Source: Tubiluchus corallicola (taxonomy: Eukaryota > Animalia > Priapulida). From it: a stretch of DNA of 64,000 nucleotides. Each line of letters starts with the position of its first letter. The first letter of the stretch is position 1. Shown here piece after piece: positions 13,621 through 24,706 of this stretch. The translations under genes and the position numbers were made by a program. The DNA is taken from NCBI GenBank assembly GCA_030141605.1, contig JAQGDQ010000464.1:117101-181100 (forward strand), written 5' to 3'. The notes under the pieces were generated by a model. The model was not told the origin of the DNA, did no database searches, and was given only the letters and a program-made list of their open reading frames with translations.

Positions 13621-15191
13621 TGTGGTCTTACAATACTACTAACACAATCTTTGAGAATTTTTGTTGGGATATCAATAACCACTGTTTTTCTATTTTGCAA
13701 ATGTTTTCATTTTTATGAATACTGTGGTTATTTAGGTTTCGCTTTAGTGCGAGGCACTTTACCGAGAATGTTACATTTAGAGAAGCAGATAGACTGTAGC
13801 ATAAAGAGGGTCTTATCTTAACTAAAAATAACTACGTTTAAAACCTATTTATTTGACAAAAACATTTATATAAAAGTTTTTATTGACTAAAGTTTTCAAG
13901 CGGCCTTACTAGTATAAAACCATGACTAACGTATACAAGCAGTTGCTGTGTTGACTGTGTGTACGTATCCAGGCACATTTTTAACCATTCAGTTTTCTGC
14001 GATTTTTCACATTACGTTTTTTTAGATATTTATTGAAAAACAAGAGCACTAAACTAACTATCGTTTTCTACAAATACAACAACTGTACTAATACATCGTA
14101 ACATTGATATTTACTATACTATAAAAAGAAGTGATAGACCTATTGGTGATTGTAAAATCTTAAACCAACTACAAACTAGATTTTAACATATAATAACAGT
14201 GAATTGATACTTTGTATGATACGATTATTACAAGTGAGATTAATGCCAACCAATTTAACAATGAAATTAAAATACGATAATATACTAAGAAAGAACTGGC
14301 ATGGGCGAGCAAAATCTTTAATTAACTATTGGGTATAAATTGTTTAGATGTCATGTGCTGCCACCTTTTAGGCCTTGAATAAAGTCTATATATAAATTTG
14401 TTAGCCTGTTCATATGCAGAATGCAGTAGGACAGTAGCTTGTTACACTATTTGGATGCTAGGCTGTCAGTTTTCTCATTTTAGCCTAGTTTGATGATTCC
14501 CCAAATGCTGTGACCCCTTTTCTGCAGTTCATGTTTCATGCTTGTAAGATTTAATTGCCAGAGCTGGCCAATACACGCAAGTTTTGTATGTTATTATTTC
14601 ATGTAATTCCATGCTATTACATGTAAAATTTTGTAACATTTGCGTCACTACATTGTAATTTAGAAATAAGTAATTCCCACCAAAATGATTACATAGTTTG
14701 CTAAATTAGTTATTTTATAATGATATTGTAATCACATCTGTACGGGCAAAAGTCCGTTAATTTATTTTCTTAGAATAAGTAACTGTTAGCAAGCCAAAGC
14801 GGAATTTGAGGTTTGATTTTTGAGCATTCCGTCAGTTACACCAACAGCAAATTAGATTTTAACACAATTTTAGATTATATGATACTTAAAACGTTATCTT
14901 AATAATACATGATTACAAACAAAACCAGCAACAATCACATTAACAAGAAATTATGAACAGTAGCAGAGTACTTCAACTTTCGCTTTCGTAAACACGCGCA
15001 ACACGTTCGTGGTCTACCTTGGCTACTCAGTTATGATGTCATCACTAGCTTGGCTCGCCCACTCTTAATGAAGTTTTAAGCCAATTATTTATTTGTCAGA
15101 AATACTTTGGCATTACCTTTCAAACCAAAAAATTACATCATGCGCAGAACCTTTGCTTCTCCTGTAAGTCTAATACTATTGACTAGACAGT

Positions 15192-15241
15192 TTATAAAAG
15201 CCACCAACATTTAATCAACGCCTGCGTCAGGCTATAAAAGC
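15192..15241 (+). promoter_or_regulatory. Duplicated TATA-box module upstream of the neurotrophin gene
   Basis: TATAAAAGCCACC occurs twice ~42 bp apart, 125-170 bp upstream of the ATG at 15365. Confidence 0.5.
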
Positions 15242-15364
15242 CACCGACATTTAGTCAACACTGCATCAGGTGGCCAGATTGTTTCGCACCTTACCATTTG
15301 TTCAATCTTTGCTTCAGTGCTCCCAGCTACGTGAACTTTCCATTACAAAAAACTGCATTTTATT

Positions 15365-18300
15365 ATGATGAATGCAAAAGCAGCAGGTTTTGTGTTTTGC
15401 CTATTTTATTTTGCCGTTTTAGCAGCTAATGGTAAGTTTTCTTATTGCATAAATTCTTAGGTGTCAATTTATAATTATTACTGCGGTGGCTGAACTTCGG
15501 CTTGTTTTACGTTCAAACTTTCACTCACTTAAGGACACAGATATGCGGTCTGTATATTATTTCAACATCGCTTTAAAGTAAAACACCCCTATAAATCAAA
15601 ATATAACGACATTACCTGCATAAATTTCACAAATCCTACCTTTTGATTGGCTCAAATTTAAATACTTACCGATTTCACCTGTGCAAAGTCTACAAACATA
15701 AGTGCCATGTTCTGTTTCCTTGAGTTCAGTTTTTGCTGGAGTTTGAGCACCAAACTGGACTTATCTCCCAACCGTTTTGGTGTCAATGTGAGGGAGTGGT
15801 GAACCCTCAAGTGTAGATTCATTTTTACGTTTTATGCTTAGGCAGCTATTTCTTCTTTTCGGTTACAAAGATTCTTTTAAACATTAACATTTTAATTTTA
15901 CAAAATTACTAAGTTAGTCAAGATTTTGGTGGGGTCTCATGCCGCTCTTTCAATGCTGGTAAATGTGTCCTAGACGTTTGATTTACTAATCTCATTTTAG
16001 GATGTGGTTTTCTAACCGAGGCCTCTCGGCCACCGATAACCCTTGATCGAACCGTTCAGGGGTTATTGCAACCACTCTGTCGGCGAGAGCCCGATGGCAG
16101 AACAATATTTTACAAATATCAACAAATAATCCGAATACCCATATTATACACGTATATATAACATACAGTGTCGTCCAGAAAAAACGTCCCCATTATTAAC
16201 TCGTTACACTTCATCCTGGTACGCGCGTTTGCAAAAGAGACCCTCATCACCGTGATGCACGACTTCTCCTCTTTTCAAAGAGTTATAAATTTCCCTCAAA
16301 GATGCATGCAATTGGTTTTTCTGGCTGACCCTGTAATATTACTGGTGAGCAAATAAGCGGATGGTATCTTCTAGTGTTGATCTACGTAAAATAAAACTAC
16401 ATACAAACGCATATCACTTTAACAACATATTTAGGTAGAAATGCAACAATACATATTATTATAGCAAGGTAGATGTATCTTCACCGGTTCTATCCTGCTG
16501 TGATTGAGTGGTGGAAATCGGTGAAAACAATCATGCTGTACACGTGCTTAGTCAACACGAGAAGTGGCAGTACCGTTACTTGCCATTTCCTTGTGAACGG
16601 TAATACAAGATCAGATCAGACCATGTAGGTAATAACCATATCAATAGAACTAAGGCGCACCTCGCTATTATTTGCTTCTTTTTGTCAGCTGCCAATGTTA
16701 TCTCATTAACAGCTTACGCTTTATTAAAGGAAAACTGGACCCAATGTTAATCCATAGCTCAAAATCGTCTAACCTACAAAATATTGAAATAAAAATCTAA
16801 TTTTTTCAATAATGACCTGAAAGAATTATTTCTACGGAAGTTTAATTTCAAGTTCGCGCGGTAGTTTTTCGGGGCTGTAAGCTAATATCTAGTTATCAGA
16901 GACATTTTAGAATTTCTGTAGATGTTACAATATTTTGCCCTCTTCAAAATGAGATAACATTGAAAATAAAACAATCATCCTATTTTCCTTTAAAACAGAA
17001 AACATCAAAACAGTCAATTTATGCGCATTGTGTAGATTTAAGTTTGCATTCCAAGTACGTACTGTGATTTATTTCAATTTATATCATAAATTTTTCATTT
17101 TAGCTTTAGACGGTGGACATCAGGTAAAGCAGACAGATATTCTTTCTCACTCAGAAAGGCCTCAAAGAAGAACATCAGACAGAAACGTGAATGAATTGAT
17201 GAGTTCCTACGCATACCTCATGCCCCGACCAGCTTTACTAAAACAGAGACTGAAGGTTAGTACAAAACCATTCTTAGTAAGAAAACCTTACGCCACTAAT
17301 CATCAAATTAATAAACTGGTAAGTGAAAGATACACCAGGCGAAGATAATAACAAGAAAATCTTGAAACAAGTAATTACATAGTTTTTTCATTACTTTTAG
17401 GTGTCATAGTAGAAATTGCAGCAGCAGCAACAACAGCAACGACACATGATAATGAAGAAAGAGGCGAGACTGCTGCTGCTGTTCATTGCTTCTTGTTGTT
17501 GTCGTTGTTGTCGATCTTGCATTGTTGTCGTTGTGGCTGCTACTCCTGTCGTTGTTGTTGTAATCGTCGTCGTCATCGTCATCGTTAATTTTATTAACAC
17601 TATTCTTTGTTGTTTGATGTGCTTACAGTGTTCCAGGTCACTTCTTCATTTGACAAAAGACAAACATGGCGTTCATTCACGCCAATTTCTGTTTTTCTGC
17701 TATTTCAATTTCTACTGCATTAATCTATTGTACATTAACATATATACTCCTTTTAAAGTTGTAACGACAAAAAATCCCTTCCATTATATGTTTTCTGGCT
17801 GACTAAATGCTTCAGGCAGCAGAGCTTTCTGTCACAAACACTGAGTCCACTGATCATAATTCCTATAATATACCTGACTTGATCTGCTATGACAGTGACG
17901 CCAATAATTTGTTCGTCATTCATCAAAACTCAAGAAAATGTCGTCTTATTTTCTTATCAGTTATGTATTACAAATCTGAACTGTCAATTTTTGATTATTT
18001 TGCAGTTTTTTAATTCTCACTTTCATTCTCAGTTAGAAAACATGGCTTCTTATTTTCTGGACCACGCGACTGACGTTGCATCATCAACAGATACAACCGA
18101 AAAAGGCGTGGCGGACAACATTGCAATTTCCGAAGATGAATGGGGGGTGGTTAGGAAACCAGAATTCCTGAGTAACGATGAAGGTAGCCATCCACAGTCG
18201 GTGTGCCCATCCAAAAGTGACTGGATACAGTTACTCAATTCAACAGACATGAATGGTAATGATGTCATGGTACTACAGCCTCCAAATATTCGCCGCCAGC

Positions 18301-20044
18301 AATGGTTTTATGCCACGAGGTGTTTGGATGAAGCTGAGGGAGAGCCATGTTTAGGAGTTGACCACACAAGGTAAGCAATGTGCCATAAAATACGGTTAGC
18401 CTTCTCTAGCTCCAGCAGTGGATTGTTATCAATTTATCACAATGTAACAATCTGTGCTAGCAGTCGTTACTAATAAAATGAAAATAACTAGTGAGATTAT
18501 TAAGTGGAATCACTATTTTTGTCCCTACTTACAGTTGAGACATGCATTAAATATTGGGTTAGGGCCACAGTCTTCTAGACCACGATGTAGTGGTACCACG
18601 CCCTCATGCACGCCCACTACATGCTCACTTACGTCTTACGAAACTAATCTACTTCAAGAGGATATTTATCACGCCCGCGTGGGATTCACACCTCTAACTG
18701 ATGATTCTAATTTTTGTCTTCTCTGTTCTGACGTCAGCTTTGGTGATCACGATTGATGACGATAACGCTAAAGTGCTTCTCGGAGAATCGGCTGTCTTTA
18801 ACAATACTCAAAGATATATAAAATGAACAAAATGAACTTCTTTATTTGTGAAAGGCCATTGTCCGTCCTTGTATGAAAAAATATATTCATGGCACAGGTA
18901 AAAATGGTACAGGCAAAATGACACATAATGTTATAATGTTATTTCGTTGTAAATTATCTCTACAATAAAGCTAGAATGCGCTGAGCAGGAAAAGCGAAAA
19001 ATCCTGACACATGTTCGACTGATTTTTTTGATAGAAAAAATGTATGTAAAAGAAAGATAAACAAGCAAACATACAAAATATACCTATGTAAGTACTATAT
19101 AGACCACCAAGACCTTGCAAAATATTTGGTTCTTCAAATAGAATTTTAGTTAGTAATGCACGAACATTCCACATTGTGTTTGTCTACATTGATTTAACCA
19201 TTTGCAAATGGTAATAGACTGACAAATGTACAGATCTACATACTATCTCAGCTTATATACCTATAATCATGTGTAAGCAAAGGTTATAGACAGCGTTACA
19301 CAGTTTTCCAAGCGAAAATTTCTCTACATGAAATTTGTAACTAACTTGAAGCTGTTTGTCCTGGTTGAGATTATGAAAAAAAATTACCCTATCTTGTAGC
19401 CAACTCCTCCTCTTTCCAAATAGCTATAACACTCCCTCTGAGACCTCCACAGATATCATTTGTACGTTGTGTTTTGTCAAGTTTTGTGGCGAATAAATTC
19501 CCATTTTGGCAGTTTTCGCCTTTTTCTCTCTCCAGGAGTTTGCGTCGAAAACCTTTCTTGTTCCCGTCCCTCTTCTTCACAAAGTTTCGTGGAAAGTAGT
19601 TTTTCGCGTAATTGTCTTACAGCTATTTAATAAAAAAACCAAGCAAACAAACAGCGTTGAAGCATAACTCCCTTGGTAGAGGTAAAAATGACAAAATTAA
19701 TTACCACCCACTGTAACCCTAACCCCAAACTCGCATTTTAACAGTGTGCAAGCTTTTTCCATTTTTCATTTGTCCCCTTTTTTCTTGCGCATTTTACCGT
19801 ACCATTTTTCCTGTCATTTTTCCTGTGCCTTTTTTACCGTGCACTCTTCATATGAATTCATAAGTAACTCTCAAAGTCTCTTACTTGTTACAGGTATATG
19901 TCTAGATGTGAGACAGATACAGGCTTTGTGATGGCCTACGTAAAACAATATACCTCCAAACCCGACAAGAGATATATAAAGGTAGATACAGCTTGCAACT
20001 GTGGCATCTCTACACTGTCAATGGATACGTTCTTCACTTTTTAA
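15365..20044 (+). CDS. Neurotrophin-like secreted cystine-knot precursor (~235 aa); exons 15365-15431, 17104-17255, 18033-18370, 19894-20044
   Basis: All introns GT-AG with matching phases (1, 0, 2). Signal peptide MMNAKAAGFVFCLFYFAVLAANA. Mature domain SVCPSKSDW..TDMNGNDVMVL..QWFYATRC..PCLGVD..YMSRCETDTGFVMAY..RYIKVDTACNC parallels the NGF family (SVCDSxSxW, QYFxETKC, CRGID, IRIDTACVC); six cysteines. Confidence 0.9.
16166..16333. mobile_element. Tc1/mariner-type MITE in neurotrophin intron 1
   Basis: TA|CAGTGTCGTCCAGAAAAA ... TTTTTCTGGCTGACCCTG|TA imperfect TIRs; 168 bp. Confidence 0.65.
17418..17585. repeat. Mixed trinucleotide microsatellite (CAG/CAA/TTG/GTC)
   Basis: Visible low-complexity triplet runs in intron 2. 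Confidence 0.8.
18888..19843. mobile_element. Possible non-autonomous TIR element with ~15-bp subterminal repeats in neurotrophin intron 3
   Basis: Left ggcacaggtaaaaatggtacaggcaaaatgacac; right ttttaccgtaccatttttcctgtcattttcctgtgcc is the inverted equivalent. Confidence 0.5.
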
Positions 20045-20708
20045 AAAGATAAATAAATTGGGCATGAATGTCTACATATCAGGATGCGTTGTTTACTGAT
20101 GAAAGCCTAGAATGATGTTTTTGCCTGCTTGTTTATACGTGTGTTTGCATGGAGAATACTGGAAATTGCTGTACATTTCGTTTATCTCTCCATTGTAGGA
20201 AGTAGTTATTGTTATTAATCAGGATGGATTTACTGGATTAGGAGTATACGAGTTTTGTATGAAAACGTGCCAGATTTTCTACGGCTGATTGTACGGACAA
20301 TGGAATAAAATGTGTAATCGTAATATTAAAATCATTTGTGCTCACTTCTTATTGTGGCTAAATGAGATATTAAACCAAAACATGCTAATATCAATAATAT
20401 GCACACATTTCCTGACAAAAAATGCACTTAAAAAATAAAATTTCACATTTGAACAAAAAAACCTAAATCGTCTCTAAACTTATTACACAATGAACTAGTC
20501 TAAGAACTTAGATTCAACTGCATATTAATTTAGATGTGATCATGTGTACCTGTCCTTATTGGCCTTTGAAACCAGTAAGCGCTGATACCTTGAAGAACAA
20601 GTCACAAGTTTGACAACTCCTAACTCTAGAGTTATAAACTAGCAATGAACTCCTACTGAAAAGACACACAAAAGGGATAAGTGCTCTTATATGCTATTTA
20701 CAACCTAT

Positions 20709-21200
20709 AGTAAAATTTATATGTTATGTTTATGAGCTGAGTCGATGTTTATGAGCCGAGTCGTATAGTGGTAGTACTTGTTGGTGGATTATTGAGGAGG
20801 CCGCAGCCGTTTATTGACGTGAGGTGGTGACAAAGCTATAAGACCTGGATTGATGAGCGACTAACACATTTATTTCACAATAATATATTACATGGTAAAG
20901 TACATATCATAGCTCTGCCGAACCGCCCAAGATCTGTTCCTGCTTCCTCGAGATTCCCCCGTGATCTGATCTCCCATTCCACTTGGCTTCCTTCAGCTTT
21001 TTGGACTCACAGCGCATGCGTTATAATTGTTGCTAGTCTGACAATTCAGACGGGCAATGTCCATATATGGAACTCAGTCACATGACAGCCGCACCTAAAA
21101 TCATGGCTTCATTTCTACATATCTCTCATATCCCCTTCATAGAGTCGTTTCATTTCTGAACTGCTAATACTAATCATACAATTATCATCTTCTCTTTACT
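20709..21200 (-). repeat. 3' LTR of copy 1 (492 bp)
   Basis: AGTAAA...TTTACT inverted termini; near-identical to 37022-37469 apart from a 19-bp duplication and a 24-bp insert. Confidence 0.93.
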
Positions 21201-21210
21201 CCTCTCTTCC
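21201..21210 (-). promoter_or_regulatory. Polypurine tract
   Basis: Minus strand GGAAGAGAGG directly abuts the LTR start AGTAAAG; repeated at 37884-37893. Confidence 0.85.
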
Positions 21211-21827
21211 TAGAAGGAAGTTAGTTCCCTCGGGGCTGGCAGATTAGATAATTTTAATATTATATCATCTGTCTAAAATACATGACCAATATGTGATTTA
21301 AGATATCTGATTTTTAAAATATGTGAGTAAAATATCCAGTTAAAATATCTAAGTAAAATATCTGATTTTAAAATATCTAATTAAAATATCTAGGCAATCC
21401 GAATGTCCTTGTGAGTATGGAGGCACGAGGCTTGCTCGTCCTTATACTAAACTATACATTTACAACATTGATAACAGTAATATGGACATGTGAGGTATAC
21501 CGGTTAAATCTAGTATAGCAAGCAATTTTCCTTATCATGTTATCATCCTTAGTAAGTATAACTAGGCTAATGAGATATACAAATATTATTAAACACACAG
21601 TTGATACATGCGTGTAACATTTATCAAAGTTTCTAATATATATATGCAAACTATATAAGTAAGCGCACAATATACGAGTGGATAGGTCCAATCATGCAGT
21701 ATACTATCCTAATCGATTTTCTTTATCGTATCAACTATGCTATTGAGATATATAGTTATAGGAGTAATTATATGAGTTCAACTGATATCATTTAAAATAC
21801 CATTCCGAATACAAGTCAAGTCAGGAT

Positions 21828-22708
21828 ATAAATCATAAATTTACGTAAATCAAGGCAAAATAGATATATATATATATATGTCATCAGCTATAAGTCATCA
21901 GCTTGTAAATCATAAATTTACGTAGATCAAGGCAAAATAGATATATATATATGTCATCAGCTATAAGTCATCAGCTGACAACCTGAATCATCAATCATTA
22001 TCAAACGATATCAATGACAACCTGAGTCGTCACCTGAGTCGTCAATCACCGTCATAAAATATAAGTGACGATCTGAATCATTAGTCACCGTCATAAAATA
22101 TAAGTGACAATCTGCAGGTCATCAATCGCGGTCATCAAAAGTATAAGTGACAACCTGCATCAATAAATCATCCGTCATCCATCACAGTCATAAAAGTATA
22201 AATGACAATCTGACATCGATGAATCATCAATCATTATACAATATAAATACACACGTCGTGCAAAATCAACCTTATACTATCCAACATATCATTTCAAAAT
22301 ACAGGAACACAACATTATTGGACGCATTTCAAAATATAGGTATACAACGTTATTCATCATTTCATAATATACATACACAATCATTCATTTGACATCCTAT
22401 ATAAGTACACACGGTTGTTCAATATTTCATCATTTCATCCATAATATAAGTACACAGTGTCATTCAATATCTTTCATTTGACATCGCATATAAATACACA
22501 CGGTTATTCAATATTATTCCTTTAGCATCATATTATTCATTGAACACACAATGTTATTCATTTATTCATTGAATCTCCATGTTAAAATTGTATCAAAATG
22601 ATCAAAATGTTGAACGTTATTCTTAAAGTTCAAAATATAAGTATACAGTAATGTTGTTCATTTTTCATAAAGTTCAAAATATAAGTATACAGTAATGTTA
22701 TTCATTTT
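21828..22708. repeat. Tandem/degenerate repeat-rich 3' non-coding region of the element
   Basis: Duplicated aaatcataaatttacgta..gtcatcagctataagtcatcagct blocks, ataagtgacaatctg repeats, and a 43-bp duplication just after the receptor stop. Confidence 0.7.
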
Positions 22709-23575
22709 TCATTCATTCTCTTCCTCTGTCTGAAAACAAGTGTTTTGATCCAAGTTGAGCTGAACAGACTTCAGTCGTGTCGCAAAAGCGATTACTGCTT
22801 GATATAAAGCCTGGAAGTTGCTTAAAGCCCCCATTTGCGAGGTGAATCTAGAAGGCCAGTGAAGTGCTATTTCACAATTAAATCGTTCTATCCACCGAGA
22901 GTGAAAATGAGCCACTCGGTCTGGACGTTGTAAATTAAGGCAAGTTGAGTCATAGAGTAAGATGTTTGTTAAGATTTCCAACTCGTCTTGCGTTGGTCTA
23001 ACTAGCATAATCGCCTGTGCAGTTCTATAAAGTTGTTGTGTAAACTCATCGAAATCACTGAGTTGATGTTGCGGCACTAATTCTTGGGCAAGCGACACGA
23101 AATTAATAAGTGTATTTAGCCAAATTAGAATTATACTTGGAGCGCCAGATTTTAGTAGAATTTTCTGGTCTTCGACAGGTAATGTTTGTAATTCGGGTTG
23201 TTGGCATGCCTTCTGAATTGTGATTCTTACGGCGACAGGTAGAAGTTGGTTTGCCATCCGGTTAATAGATTTGACCCGATAATTAAGTTTAGCTTTGAGA
23301 CGATTCTGACGAGATTTAGATGACCTCCCAAAACGAGGTGAAGTTGGCTGTAAACCAACGGCTATACATTTGTTAAATCTACAAAGTTGACAATGACGTC
23401 TGGTGTCTGGGGTAATACGACAATTTCCAACACAGCCACGTTTAGAACATACATTTTTAACGTGCTGCTTTCTGTAAAAAAAATAGCGGCACGCGTTACA
23501 CGTTAATTTGCCATAGTGTTTAATGAAAGCTGCTGCAGAACAGACTAGGCAGCTTTGTATAACCGTGTCTGACAT
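22709..23575 (-). CDS. Intronless nuclear hormone receptor (C4 zinc-finger DBD + partial LBD), 288 aa, inside the LTR element
   Basis: CLVC-X13-CNAC-RYFFYR..C..C-X9-CQLCRFNKC; HYG motif; RFGR C-terminal extension; LBD signature PELQTLPVEDQKILLKSG. ATG at 23575. Confidence 0.92.
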   Translation of the reverse strand: MSDTVIQSCLVCSAAAFIKHYGKLTCNACRYFFYRKQHVKNVCSKRGCVGNCRITPDTRRHCQLCRFNKCIAVGLQPTSPRFGRSSKSRQNRLKAKLNYRVKSINRMANQLLPVAVRITIQKACQQPELQTLPVEDQKILLKSGAPSIILIWLNTLINFVSLAQELVPQHQLSDFDEFTQQLYRTAQAIMLVRPTQDELEILTNILLYDSTCLNLQRPDRVAHFHSRWIERFNCEIALHWPSRFTSQMGALSNFQALYQAVIAFATRLKSVQLNLDQNTCFQTEEENE

Positions 23576-23669
23576 GGCTAAACAATTACACAACGTTTTA
23601 AACGTCTTTATAATGTAGCGAAGGCCGAATTTCTTGCACCATCAACATATGTTAGTCTAAAGGTTTCTT

Positions 23670-24029
23670 TTAAATTATATCGTCGACACAAATATGTGGT
23701 TCTCCCATTAAGTGTTTAAAATAGTTCTGACAGCGCATAAAGTCCTGACAATTTATAAAGTCCTGACAATTTATAGTAGGTACAGTTGCTTGATTCACAT
23801 TTTGCGAAACACGATGTTTAATCATCCTCATTGTTAAATATCGATCAAAGTACGGTTTAAAGTTAATTACACTCAACGGATATCTTCTAAAATATTTCGT
23901 ATGTAGTAATTCTAAGATAATAAACTGAGCTCCTTTATAATTTACGAGGTAGTAGGTTTTCCTGAAAGGTGGTTTTTGATATGTGTAAGTTGCTAATACT
24001 CGAATATTTAGTTTCATATTTAGTTTCAT
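23670..24029 (-). CDS. Accessory ORF of unknown function (119 aa); second copy at 39254-39613
   Basis: ATG-initiated, co-oriented and tightly packed upstream of the receptor; open in both copies; no recognisable domain. Confidence 0.5.
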   Translation of the reverse strand: MKLNMKLNIRVLATYTYQKPPFRKTYYLVNYKGAQFIILELLHTKYFRRYPLSVINFKPYFDRYLTMRMIKHRVSQNVNQATVPTINCQDFINCQDFMRCQNYFKHLMGEPHICVDDII

Positions 24030-24236
24030 TGCACTGGTAAATGAAACGTAGAACGAAGTTATTTTTAATGCTGTTCACCGGAACAAAGTTTTCTTTGATG
24101 CTGTTCACCATATATCAACTAGGGCTCTGGTTTACACAATTTCACAAAATAGTTGTTCTGTAGTTTACGTAGACTAGTTCTAGAGCGATTAGCAAACATT
24201 AGCAAAGACAGCTGCAAAGTTTGTGTACTACTATGA

Positions 24237-24443
24237 TCACTGGCTTGGCTTGGCTGCGTCGCTCGGTGTGTACGATGGATTTCCGTGCTGACTTCCGGCG
24301 GTCGATAGCTGTCTTGTTGAGATGAAGCCGGCTGGCTTCTTGCACGTGCTAGGCAGGGTTTTAAGGTTAAGGTAAAAAAGGAAAGAATGATATATGGAAA
24401 ATAGGTTAAGGTATCCAATCATACTCATTATACAATTACTCAT
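24237..24443 (-). CDS. Possible small accessory ORF (68 aa; overlapping 99-aa TTG-start frame 24119-24418 has a signal-like N-terminus)
   Basis: Open in both copies, but which frame (if any) is coding is unclear. Confidence 0.3.
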   Translation of the reverse strand: MSNCIMSMIGYLNLFSIYHSFLFYLNLKTLPSTCKKPAGFISTRQLSTAGSQHGNPSYTPSDAAKPSQ

Positions 24444-24480
24444 ATATTATTCAAGGCAACATTTCAATTCTTCATCCCTT

Positions 24481-24669
24481 TTATTGTTTTCCCAGCAGTT
24501 CACATTTTCTTTCCCAGACTGCAAACAGTATTCCCGTTATTATTATGCAGAATACAAGTAGTGTCAAAAGTACGACTGTAATATACGCGCGACGTGATAT
24601 AACTTCGTCGGTAGGGGGGTTAGATCGTAGCGTATTCATGCTGCAAAATGAAACATATCTATACATCAC
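24481..24669 (-). CDS. Small single-pass membrane protein (62 aa); second copy at 40066-40254
   Basis: ATG start; ~24-residue hydrophobic helix AYITVVLLTLLVFCIIITGILFAVW flanked by RR and ERK. Confidence 0.55.
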   Translation of the reverse strand: MMYRYVSFCSMNTLRSNPPTDEVISRRAYITVVLLTLLVFCIIITGILFAVWERKCELLGKQ

Positions 24670-24706
24670 AAATTAGCGTTGAATCAAACTTTATATAAAT
24701 TATATG

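Noticed and set aside
16008-16103. GC-rich imperfect hairpin in neurotrophin intron 1
   Set aside because: Pairing is imperfect and matches no RNA family I recognise; likely a decayed MITE.
17397-17802. Poly-Q/poly-V/poly-C ORFs
   Set aside because: Translations of an intronic trinucleotide microsatellite.
21452-21691. 79-aa hydrophobic ORF near the PPT (also 38135-38374)
   Set aside because: TTG start in AT-rich sequence; conservation is explained by recent duplication.
21900-22700. Repeated ATAAG as baculovirus late promoters
   Set aside because: A short motif in AT-rich tandem repeats, on the strand opposite the genes; no supporting context.
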